From an uncultured bacterium (GTDB lineage: Bacteria > Edwardsbacteria > AC1 > EtOH8), in assembly GCA_963780225.1 (NCBI GenBank), contig CAWAAX010000023.1, positions 1-28,438 of the forward strand: a stretch of 28,438 bases of DNA, read 5' to 3'. Position numbers and translations under genes: made by a program. This document shows, piece after piece, positions 7,720-18,095 of the stretch. The notes under the pieces were generated by a model, which had not been told where the DNA came from, did not search any database, and saw only the letters and a program-made list of their open reading frames with translations. Position 1 is the first letter of the stretch. Every line of letters starts with the position of its first letter.

Positions 7720-9213
7720 TCAGGGCGCTATCTCCAGCAGTCTTTCCAAAATGGCGTCCTGAACCCGGCGGACCTCTACCGCCTTGCCGGGATAATTGTT
7801 GAACATGATGGCAAAGCAGTACACTTTGTCATCGGGACCAAAGGCGAAACCGGCCAGGCAGGAGATCCCGGTCATGGTGCCGGTCTTGGCCCGGACCCTG
7901 ACCTTGCTTCCGCCGTTCTGCATCCTTTTGTAAAGGGTGCCGTCCACCCCGGCCAGCGGCAGGGACTCCAACAGCTCGGTCTGCAGCAGGGGATCGCGGT
8001 ACAGCGTCATCAACACTTCGGCCACCATCCGGGGATAACACAGATTGTAACGGGAAAGCCCGGAGCCATCAACCACCCTGAAACTGCCGGGGGCAAACCC
8101 CATCCGGTGCAGGTTCCTTTCCACCCCATTAAAGCTGTCAGGCTGCGGGGAGAAGAAGGCAAAACTGTCGCGGGACACCTGCCGGAAAAGCATCTCGGCG
8201 ATGAAGTTGTCGCTTTCCTTGTTCATCTTCTGGATCATGGCATAAACGGGCGGGGAATTATGACCGGCCAGATAAGGCAGGCCTTCCGGGGTTTCACCGG
8301 TCTTGACCCGGCCGGCAAACCGGATCCCCTGGTCCTCCAGTGCCCTGACGAACAGGGCGCCGCTGTAAAGCGCGGGTTCGGAGACGCTGAAGGAATTGTA
8401 CTGCACCGAGTCGTCCTGGGGCAGGTGTCCGGAGAAGGTAAAGATGTCGGTTCCGTCGGAATGAGTGCGCTCGGCTTTGATCTTCCTTTTTATCCCCGGC
8501 CGGCTGGTGCTGACCTGGTTTTGGATCTTGATATATGGCAGGCCAGTGGCGGAGCTGACCGCGGCCCGGCGGCCGATCCTGGATGAGGGCCTGAAGCTCA
8601 CCTCAAAGATGTTCTGGTTGGCCGAGAGGGCCGAGACCGGGGCGTTGTAGGCATGGGGGCCTTCGTCCCACATCCAGCCGGCCCCGTATTTGACCGTGTC
8701 CAGGTACGAGGCGTCCACTATCAGGTCCCCGGCTATCTGAAAGATGCCCCGGGACCTGAGCCGGAAGGCCAGGTCCTCCAGGCCGGATGACGATAGCAGG
8801 GGGTCGCCGAATCCTTTCAGGTAAATATCTCCTTGGAGTTTTCCGTTGGTCCACAAAGAATCGCCGTATACTGCCGTCAGGAACTGCCGGGACGGTCCCA
8901 AGTCATACAGAGCGGCAGCGGTGGTAAATATCTTGTTGACCGAGGCCGGGATGAATAGCTGGTCCTGGTTTCTGGCGTATAATGGCTGACTGCCGGAAAG
9001 CTCGGTCAGGTATAGCCCGCACTGGGCCTGCCACAGGGAACTATCGGCTAAAAGCGAGTCGATGCTCAGTGCCAGCCGGGCGCGTTTGATGAGGGCACTG
9101 TCCGGGGCGGCAATGGCTGCCGGCGGTTTCTGGTTTACTACCGCCGGCCCCCCGCAGCCGGTCAATAAGATCAGCAGCAGGGCAAATAAGCCATTTATTT
9201 TATTGTTAGACAT
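7720..9213 (-). CDS. dacB: D-alanyl-D-alanine carboxypeptidase/endopeptidase (PBP4, peptidase S13), predicted lipoprotein
   Basis: PASVNK (SxxK), KESDNFIAE (SxN), DGSGLSRYN, AKTGT (KTG); lipobox LTGC. Confidence 0.94.
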   Translation of the reverse strand: MSNNKINGLFALLLILLTGCGGPAVVNQKPPAAIAAPDSALIKRARLALSIDSLLADSSLWQAQCGLYLTELSGSQPLYARNQDQLFIPASVNKIFTTAAALYDLGPSRQFLTAVYGDSLWTNGKLQGDIYLKGFGDPLLSSSGLEDLAFRLRSRGIFQIAGDLIVDASYLDTVKYGAGWMWDEGPHAYNAPVSALSANQNIFEVSFRPSSRIGRRAAVSSATGLPYIKIQNQVSTSRPGIKRKIKAERTHSDGTDIFTFSGHLPQDDSVQYNSFSVSEPALYSGALFVRALEDQGIRFAGRVKTGETPEGLPYLAGHNSPPVYAMIQKMNKESDNFIAEMLFRQVSRDSFAFFSPQPDSFNGVERNLHRMGFAPGSFRVVDGSGLSRYNLCYPRMVAEVLMTLYRDPLLQTELLESLPLAGVDGTLYKRMQNGGSKVRVRAKTGTMTGISCLAGFAFGPDDKVYCFAIMFNNYPGKAVEVRRVQDAILERLLEIAP

Positions 9214-9263
9214 TTATTAAATCATTGCCGTTTGTGGTTGGGCTTTCCGGTGATCGCTAATAT

Positions 9264-10670
9264 TTACACCACGTATTTCCCCAGGCTGCCCTTTTCAAAT
9301 TTATTTACCTCCACCGCCCGGTTGGCAAAGCCTTCTTTGCCCATCAGACCGTAGGTGTAGCGTTTGCCCTCTTCCACTCCGGGCTGGTCCATGGGATTGA
9401 CCCCGAACAACCCGCCGGCATAGGCGGTGGCCGTCTCTAAAAGGAATATCATTTGTCCGATAATCTGAGCGTTGATCTGGGGCATTATGAAACTGCAATT
9501 GGGACGGCCATTCTTGGCCAAGGCCATGGCGGTAGCCCTCTGCTCGGAATTCAAAAGCTCTCCGAAATCGTGTCCGCTTAAATATGACAGATCTTTGATC
9601 TTGGGATAGCCTTTGGGAATGGGCAGTACGGCCCGGAATTTTTCCACTTTGATGAAGGTTACCACTTTGTCGCGCGGTCCCTCGGCGTAAAGCTGGATCT
9701 GGGAATGCTGGTCGGTGGCCCCCAGCGCCTTGACCGGAGTGGGGCCGGTTTCCACCACCTCGTTCTTGTGATTCAGTCTTTTGCCCAGGCTTTCGGCCCA
9801 CAACTGCCGGAACCAGTCGGACAACGGATACAGGCTGTCGGAATAGGGCATCATCACGTTGATCTTAAAGCCCTTGTGATAAAGCAGGTACTGGGTCAGG
9901 GCGTAGAGCCGGGATGGGTTGCGCCAGGGATTCTCCTCCAGGCTTCTTTTGCGCATCTGGGCGGCGCCGGAAATAAGGCCTTTGACATCCACTCCGGCCA
10001 TGGCCAGGGGAAACAGCCCCACCGGGGTCAGCACCGAGAACCGGCCTCCCACTCCGGAAGGGACCTCCAGGCTTAAAAGGCCTTCCTCCCGGACGATCTG
10101 CCTTAAAATCCCGTCCTCGGGATCGGTGGTGATCACTATATTATTTTTCCATTTGGGGCCCAGCGCTTTGAATAGCCAAGCTTTTAGCCACAGGAACTGG
10201 GCGCTGGTCTCGGCGGTAGCCCCCGACTTGCTGATGACGTTGACCAAAGTGGTTTTGGGATTAAGCAGGGATTGGACGCTTTTCAGTTTTTCCGGATCCA
10301 CGTTATCCAGCACCCACAGCCGGGGCCGGCCGGAGCGCGCTTTTTTATCAATATAATTGTAGGCCCCTGAATTGAGGGCGGCCTGGACCGCAGCCGTGCC
10401 CAAAGCCGAGCCGCCGATGCCCAACACCACCAGGTCGGAAAATTTGTCCTTCAGCATTTTAGCCAGGGCCAGGGATGATTTCAAATGTTCAGGCCTCACC
10501 GGCAGATCAAAAAAATCCATCTTCCCCTTGGCCCGCTGGCGGTAGAACCATTCCGAGGCCTGGGCCGCCTGCAACCCGGACTTCTCTATCTGGGAGTAAG
10601 GGATCCCGTAATCTCCCAGCCGCTCGGACATCAGATTGTTGAAATCGAATCTGATTTTAAGTTCGGACAT
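9264..10670 (-). CDS. pgi: Glucose-6-phosphate isomerase
   Basis: LGIGGSALG, ISKSGATAET, VGGRFSVL, QLWAESLGK, DQHSQIQ, NPMDQPGVEEGK. Confidence 0.96.
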   Translation of the reverse strand: MSELKIRFDFNNLMSERLGDYGIPYSQIEKSGLQAAQASEWFYRQRAKGKMDFFDLPVRPEHLKSSLALAKMLKDKFSDLVVLGIGGSALGTAAVQAALNSGAYNYIDKKARSGRPRLWVLDNVDPEKLKSVQSLLNPKTTLVNVISKSGATAETSAQFLWLKAWLFKALGPKWKNNIVITTDPEDGILRQIVREEGLLSLEVPSGVGGRFSVLTPVGLFPLAMAGVDVKGLISGAAQMRKRSLEENPWRNPSRLYALTQYLLYHKGFKINVMMPYSDSLYPLSDWFRQLWAESLGKRLNHKNEVVETGPTPVKALGATDQHSQIQLYAEGPRDKVVTFIKVEKFRAVLPIPKGYPKIKDLSYLSGHDFGELLNSEQRATAMALAKNGRPNCSFIMPQINAQIIGQMIFLLETATAYAGGLFGVNPMDQPGVEEGKRYTYGLMGKEGFANRAVEVNKFEKGSLGKYVV

Positions 10671-10826
10671 TTTAACTCCCTCCCCTTGTAAACAGTTTAC
10701 AGTTGTTCCGTTTACAGTTTGGCGTTAATTAAAAAATCGCTCTATGCTTTATGCTTTAAATTATCCATGCCATCATTAAATATTTCTCTGTGTCTCTGGG
10801 CCTCTGTGGCTATTTCGTTGCCAGGA

Positions 10827-11900
10827 TCATCTGGCGTACTGCAGGGACATGGCCAGCATATCCTGCTTAAGCCCGTCGCCGGAGAACAGCCGGCTGGTGG
10901 CGGCGGAGAAGTTGAAGGTGACAGGCCCCATGATGAACGACTGACCGGCCGAGATGAAATACATGTCTTTCAGGCTGGGGTAATTTTGGGTCAGCTGGGG
11001 CACCAGCGGCGTGCCCATGGTAAAAAAGCCGAACCGCATGGCATACTGGTCCGTCCAGGGCTGCATTTCGATCCCCAGTTTAAAGTCGGCCCGGCCCTGG
11101 TAATCCCACGACGCGTTCTGCCAGCCGGTGATGTCGATCTGCCCGGCCAGGGTCATGGTGGAATCTATCCGGTAACTGAATCCCAGGGTGGAGAGAGCCG
11201 GCACCACCCCGTAAAGATTAAGGTCGCCTTCGCCCGGTTCCGGCAGGTAGTCGGTTGTGCCCTCCAGCCTGCTCTCGGTGCGGAGCCTGGTGAACAGCAG
11301 CAGCTCGGAATTAATGGTAATGTCTATTCCGGCGTTCAAATTCCAGCCCCGGGCCGTTCCCTGGGCGATCAGGGTGTCGCCCTTTTGCCAGGTTATTGCG
11401 CCTAAGCCTCCGCAGAGAGCCAACCCGGCCGTCACTCCCGGGGATATTTTATAATAGCCGCCCAGCGCACCCTGGCGCAGATTCAGAACGGCCTGGTACT
11501 GGACATAGGGCTGCCACTGGTCGGGAAAGTTCATGCCGGTTTTCATGCTGTTGGCAAAACCTGCGGCCAGCCCCCACCGGCCGAAGTTCCAGGCAAAAGC
11601 GGCCGTGGCCGGCAGGGCCAGGGACTGCCTGGTGGTGATCAGCACATGGCTGTGGCCCTCCGAAAGGAACCCGCTCGAGACCTCCGCCGATGCCTTTGTT
11701 TCAGGGACCTCCAGCCGGCAGGGATTGCCGAATAATGCGGCCGGCCCCCGGCTAAGACAAGTAACATTACCGCTGCCCAAAGCCGCAGCATCCAGAGGCT
11801 GGTAATAGTTGTACTGCAGCGGCAGGGTCAGCTCGTATTGGGCGGCCCGGGCCAGAGAGCAGAGCAACAAGAGCAATAAGATGGTAATTGTTTTCTTCAT
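10827..11900 (-). CDS. Exported protein, probable outer-membrane beta-barrel (FadL/PorV-like)
   Basis: Signal peptide MKKTITILLLLLLCSLARA; ALGSG...AALFGNP resembles the FadL/PorV N-terminal motif; alternating beta-strand pattern; terminal MSLQY strand. Confidence 0.6.
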   Translation of the reverse strand: MKKTITILLLLLLCSLARAAQYELTLPLQYNYYQPLDAAALGSGNVTCLSRGPAALFGNPCRLEVPETKASAEVSSGFLSEGHSHVLITTRQSLALPATAAFAWNFGRWGLAAGFANSMKTGMNFPDQWQPYVQYQAVLNLRQGALGGYYKISPGVTAGLALCGGLGAITWQKGDTLIAQGTARGWNLNAGIDITINSELLLFTRLRTESRLEGTTDYLPEPGEGDLNLYGVVPALSTLGFSYRIDSTMTLAGQIDITGWQNASWDYQGRADFKLGIEMQPWTDQYAMRFGFFTMGTPLVPQLTQNYPSLKDMYFISAGQSFIMGPVTFNFSAATSRLFSGDGLKQDMLAMSLQYAR

Positions 11901-11940
11901 GATTCCAATATTATTATGGTGCTTATATTGATCAGTCACT

Positions 11941-12056
11941 TTACCACGGAAACACAGAATGACGAAATAATGGAAAACCAAAACCACGAAGTTTTACTCC
12001 ATTTACGAGAAGGCCTGATAATTTAACAATTCATAAATTCAGTGATTCCGTGGTAA
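11941..12056. mobile_element. MITE-like element with 20-bp terminal inverted repeats
   Basis: TTACCACGGAAACACAGAAT ... ATTCAGTGATTCCGTGGTAA, 18/20 match, non-coding interior. Confidence 0.5.
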
Positions 12057-12075
12057 GGTAAATGTTTTGGGAAGA

Positions 12076-13170
12076 TCAGTCCCCGAACTCGGTGCCTATG
12101 GACTTGGCCGCCTTGATCACCTCGGAGTCCGGCTGCACCAGCCGCAGCTGGCCCACCGCCTGCTTGATGGGCACCGCCTCCACCTTCAGGCCCTTTAAGG
12201 CCGCCATCTGCCCGAACTCGCCCCTGGCCAATAGCTCCACAGCCTTGACCCCGAACCGGGTGCCCAAAATCCGGTCGAAGGCGGTGGGACTGCCGCCCCG
12301 CTGCAGGTGGCCCAGCACCGTTACCCGGCAGTCTATCCCGGTCCGCTCCTCTATGTCGTCGGCCAGTTTTTGGCCGATGCCCCCCAGCCGCACCGGGTCG
12401 GTGGATTCCTTGATGATCTTGCGGACCACCATCTCCCCGCCTTTGGGCTTGGCCCCCTCCGAGACCACCACTATGGAAAAGCGCCGCCCCTTCTGGTTGC
12501 GCTCGATGATCCGCCGGCAGACCTGGTTGATGTCGTAGGGTATCTCGGGAAGAAGGATTATGTCGCCGCCGCCGGCCACCCCGCTGTAGAGGGCAATCCA
12601 CCCGGCATAGCGCCCCATGGTCTCCACTATCATCACCCGGTGGTGGGACATGGCGGTGGACTGGAGCTTGTCCAGGGCCTCGGTGGCGGTAACCACCGCC
12701 GAGTCGAAGCCGAAGGTGACATCGGTGGCGGCCAGGTCGTTGTCGATGGTCTTGGGAATGCCCACCGCTTTAATGCCCCGGTCTATCATCTGCTGGGTGA
12801 TGGCCATGGTGCCGTCGCCGCCTATGGCCACCAGGGCCTCCAGCCCGGCCTGCTCGAAGTTCTGTTTGACCCGGTCGAAGACGTCCTGGTATTCCATCTC
12901 CCCTTTGGCGTTCTTGACCGCGTAGCGGAAGGGGTTGTCGCGGTTGGAGGTGCCCAGGATGGTGCCGCCCTCGGCCAGGATCCCCGAGACGCTGCGCCAG
13001 TTTAGTTCGTGATACCGGCCCTCGATCAGCCCGGCGTAGCCGTCCTCGATGCCGGCCACCTGCATTCCGTGTTCGCTGATGGCGGTCTTGGCCACGGCCC
13101 GGATCACCGCGTTAAGCCCGGGACAGTCGCCCCCGGCGGTCAGGATACCGAAGCGCTTGATCTTGGGCAT
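12076..13170 (-). CDS. pfkA: 6-phosphofructokinase (PfkA family, group III-like)
   Basis: TAGGDCPGLNAVIRA, GGTILGTS, IGGDGT, PKTIDNDL, VETMGRYAGW, LGHLQRGG. Confidence 0.95.
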   Translation of the reverse strand: MPKIKRFGILTAGGDCPGLNAVIRAVAKTAISEHGMQVAGIEDGYAGLIEGRYHELNWRSVSGILAEGGTILGTSNRDNPFRYAVKNAKGEMEYQDVFDRVKQNFEQAGLEALVAIGGDGTMAITQQMIDRGIKAVGIPKTIDNDLAATDVTFGFDSAVVTATEALDKLQSTAMSHHRVMIVETMGRYAGWIALYSGVAGGGDIILLPEIPYDINQVCRRIIERNQKGRRFSIVVVSEGAKPKGGEMVVRKIIKESTDPVRLGGIGQKLADDIEERTGIDCRVTVLGHLQRGGSPTAFDRILGTRFGVKAVELLARGEFGQMAALKGLKVEAVPIKQAVGQLRLVQPDSEVIKAAKSIGTEFGD

Positions 13171-13187
13171 CGGTGAAACTCCTTATC

Positions 13188-13320
13188 TAAGCTGTAAGCT
13201 CTAAGCTATAAGCTGTATGCTTTAAGCTCTAAGCTATAAGCCTTATGGCTATGTTCTATGTTCTATATGCTTTCAAAACACCGGGGATATACGGCTGATA
13301 GCTGATGGCTGACAGGGGCT
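13188..13320. repeat. Degenerate heptamer tandem repeats
   Basis: TAAGCTG TAAGCTC TAAGCTA TAAGCTG TATGCTT TAAGCTC TAAGCTA; then CTATGTT x2 and GGCTGAT AGCTGAT GGCTGAC. Confidence 0.85.
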
Positions 13321-13366
13321 AACGGCTGACCCTTCCCTCGCCTGATGGGAGGGCTAACGGGAGAGG

Positions 13367-14501
13367 TTAATTTAGTATCTCCTCCACCAGTTTGGCCACC
13401 TCCTGGGCGGCCCGGGGTTTGCCCAAGGCCAGGGCGTTCTTCCGCATGACGGCCAGTCTCTGGGGCGAGGCCAGGATCTCATCCAGCCGGTGTGGGAACG
13501 TCCACCTGATGCATGGCTTTTATTCCGGCCCCGTGCTCCAGCAGCATATCGCTGTTCATATCTTCCTGGCCGGGAATGGGGTTGACTATGATCATGGGCA
13601 GGCCGCAGGCCATGGCCTCGGCAGTGGTCAGGCCGCCGGGCTTGCTGATCAGAATGTCGCAGGCCCGCATGTATTCGTCCATCTGCTCGGTATAGCCCAC
13701 GACGATCATCTTGAACGGCAGCTGCTCCCGCATCTGGCGCAGGCGGGAAAGCAGGCGGCGGTTCTTCCCGGCTATCACCACCAGCTGGAAGTTGGATTTG
13801 ACCGCGGTCAGCGAGGCCACCATCTTCTCGATCGGGCCCACCCCGAAGCCGCCGGAAAGCATCAGCACCGCGGGCAGCCGGGGGGCCAGCACCAGCCTTT
13901 CCCGGATGACGGACGAAGGTTTCTTTTTGGCGAACTCCGGATTGACCGGAATGCCCAACACGTTGATCCGCCCGGAGGGGACGCCCGAGGCCATCAGGTG
14001 CTGGCGGCTGTTCTGGTCGGCTACAGAATAGTGTTCGCATTCCGGCAGGATCCAGTAGGAATGCAGTCCGTAGTCGGTGGTGACGGTCAAAAGCGGGGCC
14101 TCTATCTTTCCCTTGCGCTTAAGGTCGCAGACCAGCTGGGAGGCCAGGAAATGGGTGGAGATTATCAGGTCCCACTCCTGCTCCTTGATGAAGGAGGTGA
14201 ACTTGCGGGTGTTGAGGGTGTCTAAAAGCCTCAGCAGAAAATCGGGGCGGTTCTGGCGCTTCAGGTTGTCCGAGGTGGTGAAGATGTAGCCCCACATCAG
14301 CGGCTGGTTCTGGGCCATGTAAAGGTACAGGTCGTGATAGACCGCCTTGTAGAGCAGGGTGGAGAATTTCAAGAGGTCGATATGGGTCACCCGGTATTTC
14401 TGCTGGCTCTGGGGAGCCGAGGCCAAAGATTGTTCGATGGCTTTGGCGGCCATGGTGTGCCCGGCCCCGGCCGAGGCCGAGATGATCAGGATGTTCTTCA
14501 T
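13367..14501 (-). CDS. MGDG synthase/UgtP-like GT28 glycosyltransferase, frameshifted near its 3' end
   Basis: SAGAGHTMAAKA, IISTHFLA, TVTTDY, GIPVNPEF, ISKPGGLTTAEA, IPGQEDMN. Removing one base near 13493 gives the expected tail HRLDEILASPQRLAVMRKNALALGKPRAAQEVAKLVEEILN to a stop at 13367. Confidence 0.85.
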
Positions 14502-14579
14502 AAGATAGCTATTGGCTTTAGGCTTTCAGCTTTAGGAATTTGTTTATTGTTGATCGTTCATTGCGCGCCGTCAACCGGG

Positions 14580-16874
14580 TTAAAAATCTTCCTTGTCCTG
14601 GCGGCACAACACCGACTGGAAGGGATTGAATTCTATGTTCCTGGGCTTGAGGGGCATCAGCGGAAGCTCCAGTTCGGTCAGGGGCCCCTTGACCAGCACC
14701 CGCACCCGGGCCTGCCGGTTTTCTCCGAAATCGATCTGCATCGGAACATACATCATGAAATCCGGGGAAACTTCCTCCTGCCGGACCCGGAGGGTCACCC
14801 GGTACTTGCCCTCGGGAGTCTGATCGGCCCGGTAGGAATATTTGTAGCTGGGAATCTCGGTGCCGTAGACCCACTGGTCAAAGAACCATCCCATGTCCAT
14901 CCCGGCGTGCTTCTCCGCCATTCTCCGGAACTGTCCGGTGCTTACCAGGCTGTCGCGGTAGGTGGCATAGTAATCGTGCATCATGGCGGTGAACTTGTCT
15001 TCCTTCATGGTGTTCAGGTCTATCATCATGTTCCGCAGCATCTGGATCACCCAAGCCCCCTTCTTGTAAGTGATCACTACATTATCCTCCCCGGTCTCGC
15101 TGGTAATGTTACGGCGGCCCAGCCAGATCGGCCCGGAAGCCCGGCCATTTAGCAGCACATGTTTACGGTTATTGATGATATCTTCCCGGTATTCCTTGAA
15201 CCACTTGAAATAGTTGCTATTGTCCTTCAGGGCTGTCTGCATGTACCAAAGACCGGAGAATTCAGAAAAGCCCTCCGAGAGCCACTGGTCGTGGTAGGTG
15301 TCATGGCCCACCCCGTAACCCCACCACTGGTGGGCCACTTCGTGGGCCCTTAAAATCTGGTCATAGTTCTGGTATTTGGAATAGCTGGTGCTGAAAGTGT
15401 ACCAGGAAAGATTGATCAGTCCTGGAAAGGCCACCCCGCCGCCGAAGGGGTATTGGGCGGCGCAGAGCCTGGAAGCCGAACATTCGCCGTAAACCCTCTG
15501 GAAAAAGACCAGGCTGTTGGCCACATCAATCCCCACCTGCTTGGGGTCCATCCGGATCTCGTCCGAGGTCAGGATGGTCACCGGCGGGGTGCTGTCGTTG
15601 GCCATCTTCTTTTCTGTGAAAAACCCCATGTTGAAGGTAAAGAACTGGACAGGTTGGGGAGTGACCCAGCGGCTGGTCACGGTCCCCTCCGAGGTATCGG
15701 AGGAGACCAGGTCACCGACGCTGATGAATTTAAACTTGGCGGGATAGTGGTAGGTAACATCAAAGGAGGCCTTGTTGGCTATATCGGTGCCGGGATACCA
15801 CCCGGCCGATGATTTGATAAACACCCAGTTTTGGAAGTGCTCCATGATATTACCGTGGTAAAAAACGCTCAGGGTGCAGACCTGGCCCCGGGCTAAAGGC
15901 CGGGGGACTTTCACCCAGAAGGTGGCTGTCTTTTTTCCCTTGTAAAACTCCGGACGCTGTCCGTCCGGCAGCGCCATCGAATCTATTTCCACTTCGGTGT
16001 CATAACCGCTGGCCAGGTAAAAGTACAGCCACTGGTTGTTGTCCAGGTGGGACCTGACCTCCATCCGGCAGGCCACGTCCATCCGCTCCTCCCCGGATAT
16101 CCGGCAGTCCAGCTTATAGCTGGTGATGCTGGCCGGCTCCCGGACTTTATTGCCCGTTCTCTGGCCGCCGGCCTGGGCGGGAAATTTAGAGATCATGTCC
16201 CGGCGGTATCCCACCAACGCTTTTGACACTTTATAAAACTCCACTTCCTCAAAGGAATAGGGATTGAACTCGAACATCACCGATTTTTTGTAGTCGGATT
16301 CTTTAACATGGGCGTAAAACAGACCGTTGGGCTGTTTTTCCAGCAGGGTCTTCATTATCTCCGGATCGCAGTAATCGCCCTTTAAGCCCTGGTTGTAGGT
16401 GATGTAGTTTACCGCTTCCTCGATGACGGGCCCGAAGTCATCGGAACTTCCTGTGGTTTCGAATTTCAGTTTCTGTTGCAACTCGTCCATGGTTCCGTCG
16501 GCAAATATCAGGAACAGCTCGCTGAAGTCCCGGTTGATGGAATCGTTCTGGTAGAACCTGGCTATCTGCTGCCGTTCAACTTTACTGGGTGGAACAAAAA
16601 CAATATTCCCCTTGCCCTTAAAGACCGCGGCGCAGCTGAAGCCGTCGATGGGATTGCATAAATAAAGCTGTCCCTCGCTTAGGGTGATGGTGGCGGCATC
16701 GCGCTTTAAGACCAGGTCTTTGACCTTAGCCCCCTGGGCTCCGGTCTTTAGCTCCTTTAACTGCCGGTAAACCGTTTCAAATTGGGTTGGGGAACTGCCG
16801 GCGTTCGATTGGGAGAAAGCCGGGGCGGAAATCAGCAGTCCCAGGATCAGGGCCAGGGTCATTCTTTTCAACAT
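14580..16874 (-). CDS. Secreted M1-family zinc aminopeptidase-like protein
   Basis: Signal peptide from MLKRMTLAL; AHEVAHQWW (HExxH), WLSEGFSEF (third ligand E), YKKGAWVIQMLR, FFDQWVYG. Confidence 0.88.
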   Translation of the reverse strand: MLKRMTLALILGLLISAPAFSQSNAGSSPTQFETVYRQLKELKTGAQGAKVKDLVLKRDAATITLSEGQLYLCNPIDGFSCAAVFKGKGNIVFVPPSKVERQQIARFYQNDSINRDFSELFLIFADGTMDELQQKLKFETTGSSDDFGPVIEEAVNYITYNQGLKGDYCDPEIMKTLLEKQPNGLFYAHVKESDYKKSVMFEFNPYSFEEVEFYKVSKALVGYRRDMISKFPAQAGGQRTGNKVREPASITSYKLDCRISGEERMDVACRMEVRSHLDNNQWLYFYLASGYDTEVEIDSMALPDGQRPEFYKGKKTATFWVKVPRPLARGQVCTLSVFYHGNIMEHFQNWVFIKSSAGWYPGTDIANKASFDVTYHYPAKFKFISVGDLVSSDTSEGTVTSRWVTPQPVQFFTFNMGFFTEKKMANDSTPPVTILTSDEIRMDPKQVGIDVANSLVFFQRVYGECSASRLCAAQYPFGGGVAFPGLINLSWYTFSTSYSKYQNYDQILRAHEVAHQWWGYGVGHDTYHDQWLSEGFSEFSGLWYMQTALKDNSNYFKWFKEYREDIINNRKHVLLNGRASGPIWLGRRNITSETGEDNVVITYKKGAWVIQMLRNMMIDLNTMKEDKFTAMMHDYYATYRDSLVSTGQFRRMAEKHAGMDMGWFFDQWVYGTEIPSYKYSYRADQTPEGKYRVTLRVRQEEVSPDFMMYVPMQIDFGENRQARVRVLVKGPLTELELPLMPLKPRNIEFNPFQSVLCRQDKEDF

Positions 16875-16949
16875 GCGCGTTCCCCATCTGATTGGCGTTT
16901 GAGGTTTGCAGTTTTTAGCGTTTACCATTTGTAGTTTGAAGTTTTGCGT

Positions 16950-18068
16950 TCACTGTTCATTGACAAACTGTTCCATAACCTGGACCACCCGCTCCTGGTC
17001 CCGTATAGTCAACAGATGGTGAAAGGGTATGGCCAGACTGCGTCCGGCGATGTCCTCGGTCAAGGGGAAATCCCCCCGTTTGTGTTTCAGTTCCTTCACC
17101 AGGTAGGGCTGAAGGTGCAGGGCAGGAAAGTAGTGAGCACAGCCGATGCCCTTCGACTGTAAATATTTTATCAGGTTGTCCCGTCCGGTCCCTTTGAGTC
17201 TTTCCGGGACTAGGGCCGCGAACACAAACCAGCTGCGGGTCATCCCGGGGAAATCTTTTAGCACGGTGAATTCCGGCAGGCGTTCTGCAAACAGCTTTTG
17301 GTAGATTTGGGCAATCTTTTTGCGCCGGGCCAGAATGCCGGGCAGCCGGGCCAGCTGGACCGAGCCCAAAGCGGCGTTGATGTCCGGCATCCTGTAGTTG
17401 TACCCCAGGTCGTGGTGGGCCAGCCAGCCGCCCATGGAATGGCGGCCCTGGTTGCGCAGGCTGGACATGGTTTGGGCCAGCTGATCATCGTCGGTCAGCA
17501 CCATCCCGCCCTCGCCGGTGGTCATCTGCTTGTTGGGGTAAAAGCCGAAGACCGCGGCCGCCCCGAAACTGCCGGCCCGTTTGCCGTGATACTTTGCCCC
17601 CAGGGCCTCGCAGGAATCCTCGATCAATGTCAGCCGGTGCTTTTGGCAGAGGGCCTGGATTTTTTGGTAATCGGCCGGCAGGCCGAAGACGTCCACCGCC
17701 AAAATGGCCTTGGTGCGCCGGGTGATGGCGGCTTTGATCTTTTTGGGGTCAAGGTTCAAGGTCCGGGGATCGATGTCCACGAAGACCGGGGTGGCCCCCT
17801 GGTACAGGATGCAGTTGACCGAAGCGGCAAAGGAGTAGGGCGAGGTGATGACCTCATCCCCGGGCTTAAGGTTCAAAGCCCTGGTAATCATGTGCAGTCC
17901 GGCGGTGCCGGAGGACACCGCCAGGGCGTGTTTGCGGCCGATGTATTTGGCGAAGGCCTTTTCGAACTTCAGGATTTCCGGCCCCAGGCTGAGGGTTCCG
18001 GACCTGAGGACCCTGACCACGGCGTCTATCTCGCGCTGGGTGATGTCAGGGGAAGCCAGTTTGATCAC
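16950..18068 (-). CDS. DegT/DnrJ/EryC1/StrS PLP-dependent sugar aminotransferase
   Basis: SSGTAGLH, IEDSCEALG, FGFYPNKQMTTGEGG (PLP lysine), GYNYRM. Confidence 0.95.
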   Translation of the reverse strand: MIKLASPDITQREIDAVVRVLRSGTLSLGPEILKFEKAFAKYIGRKHALAVSSGTAGLHMITRALNLKPGDEVITSPYSFAASVNCILYQGATPVFVDIDPRTLNLDPKKIKAAITRRTKAILAVDVFGLPADYQKIQALCQKHRLTLIEDSCEALGAKYHGKRAGSFGAAAVFGFYPNKQMTTGEGGMVLTDDDQLAQTMSSLRNQGRHSMGGWLAHHDLGYNYRMPDINAALGSVQLARLPGILARRKKIAQIYQKLFAERLPEFTVLKDFPGMTRSWFVFAALVPERLKGTGRDNLIKYLQSKGIGCAHYFPALHLQPYLVKELKHKRGDFPLTEDIAGRSLAIPFHHLLTIRDQERVVQVMEQFVNEQ

Positions 18069-18095
18069 TTTTACCTCTATCTTTTATGTCTACCA

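Noticed and set aside
7364..7720. Glycine riboswitch upstream of gcvT
   Set aside because: No GGAGA...GAAG...CTCTCAGG aptamer core; the promoter leaves only about 65 nt of leader.
13372..14040. 222-aa minus ORF as the C-terminal half of the glycosyltransferase
   Set aside because: Wrong frame; the real tail is in the third frame ending at 13367.
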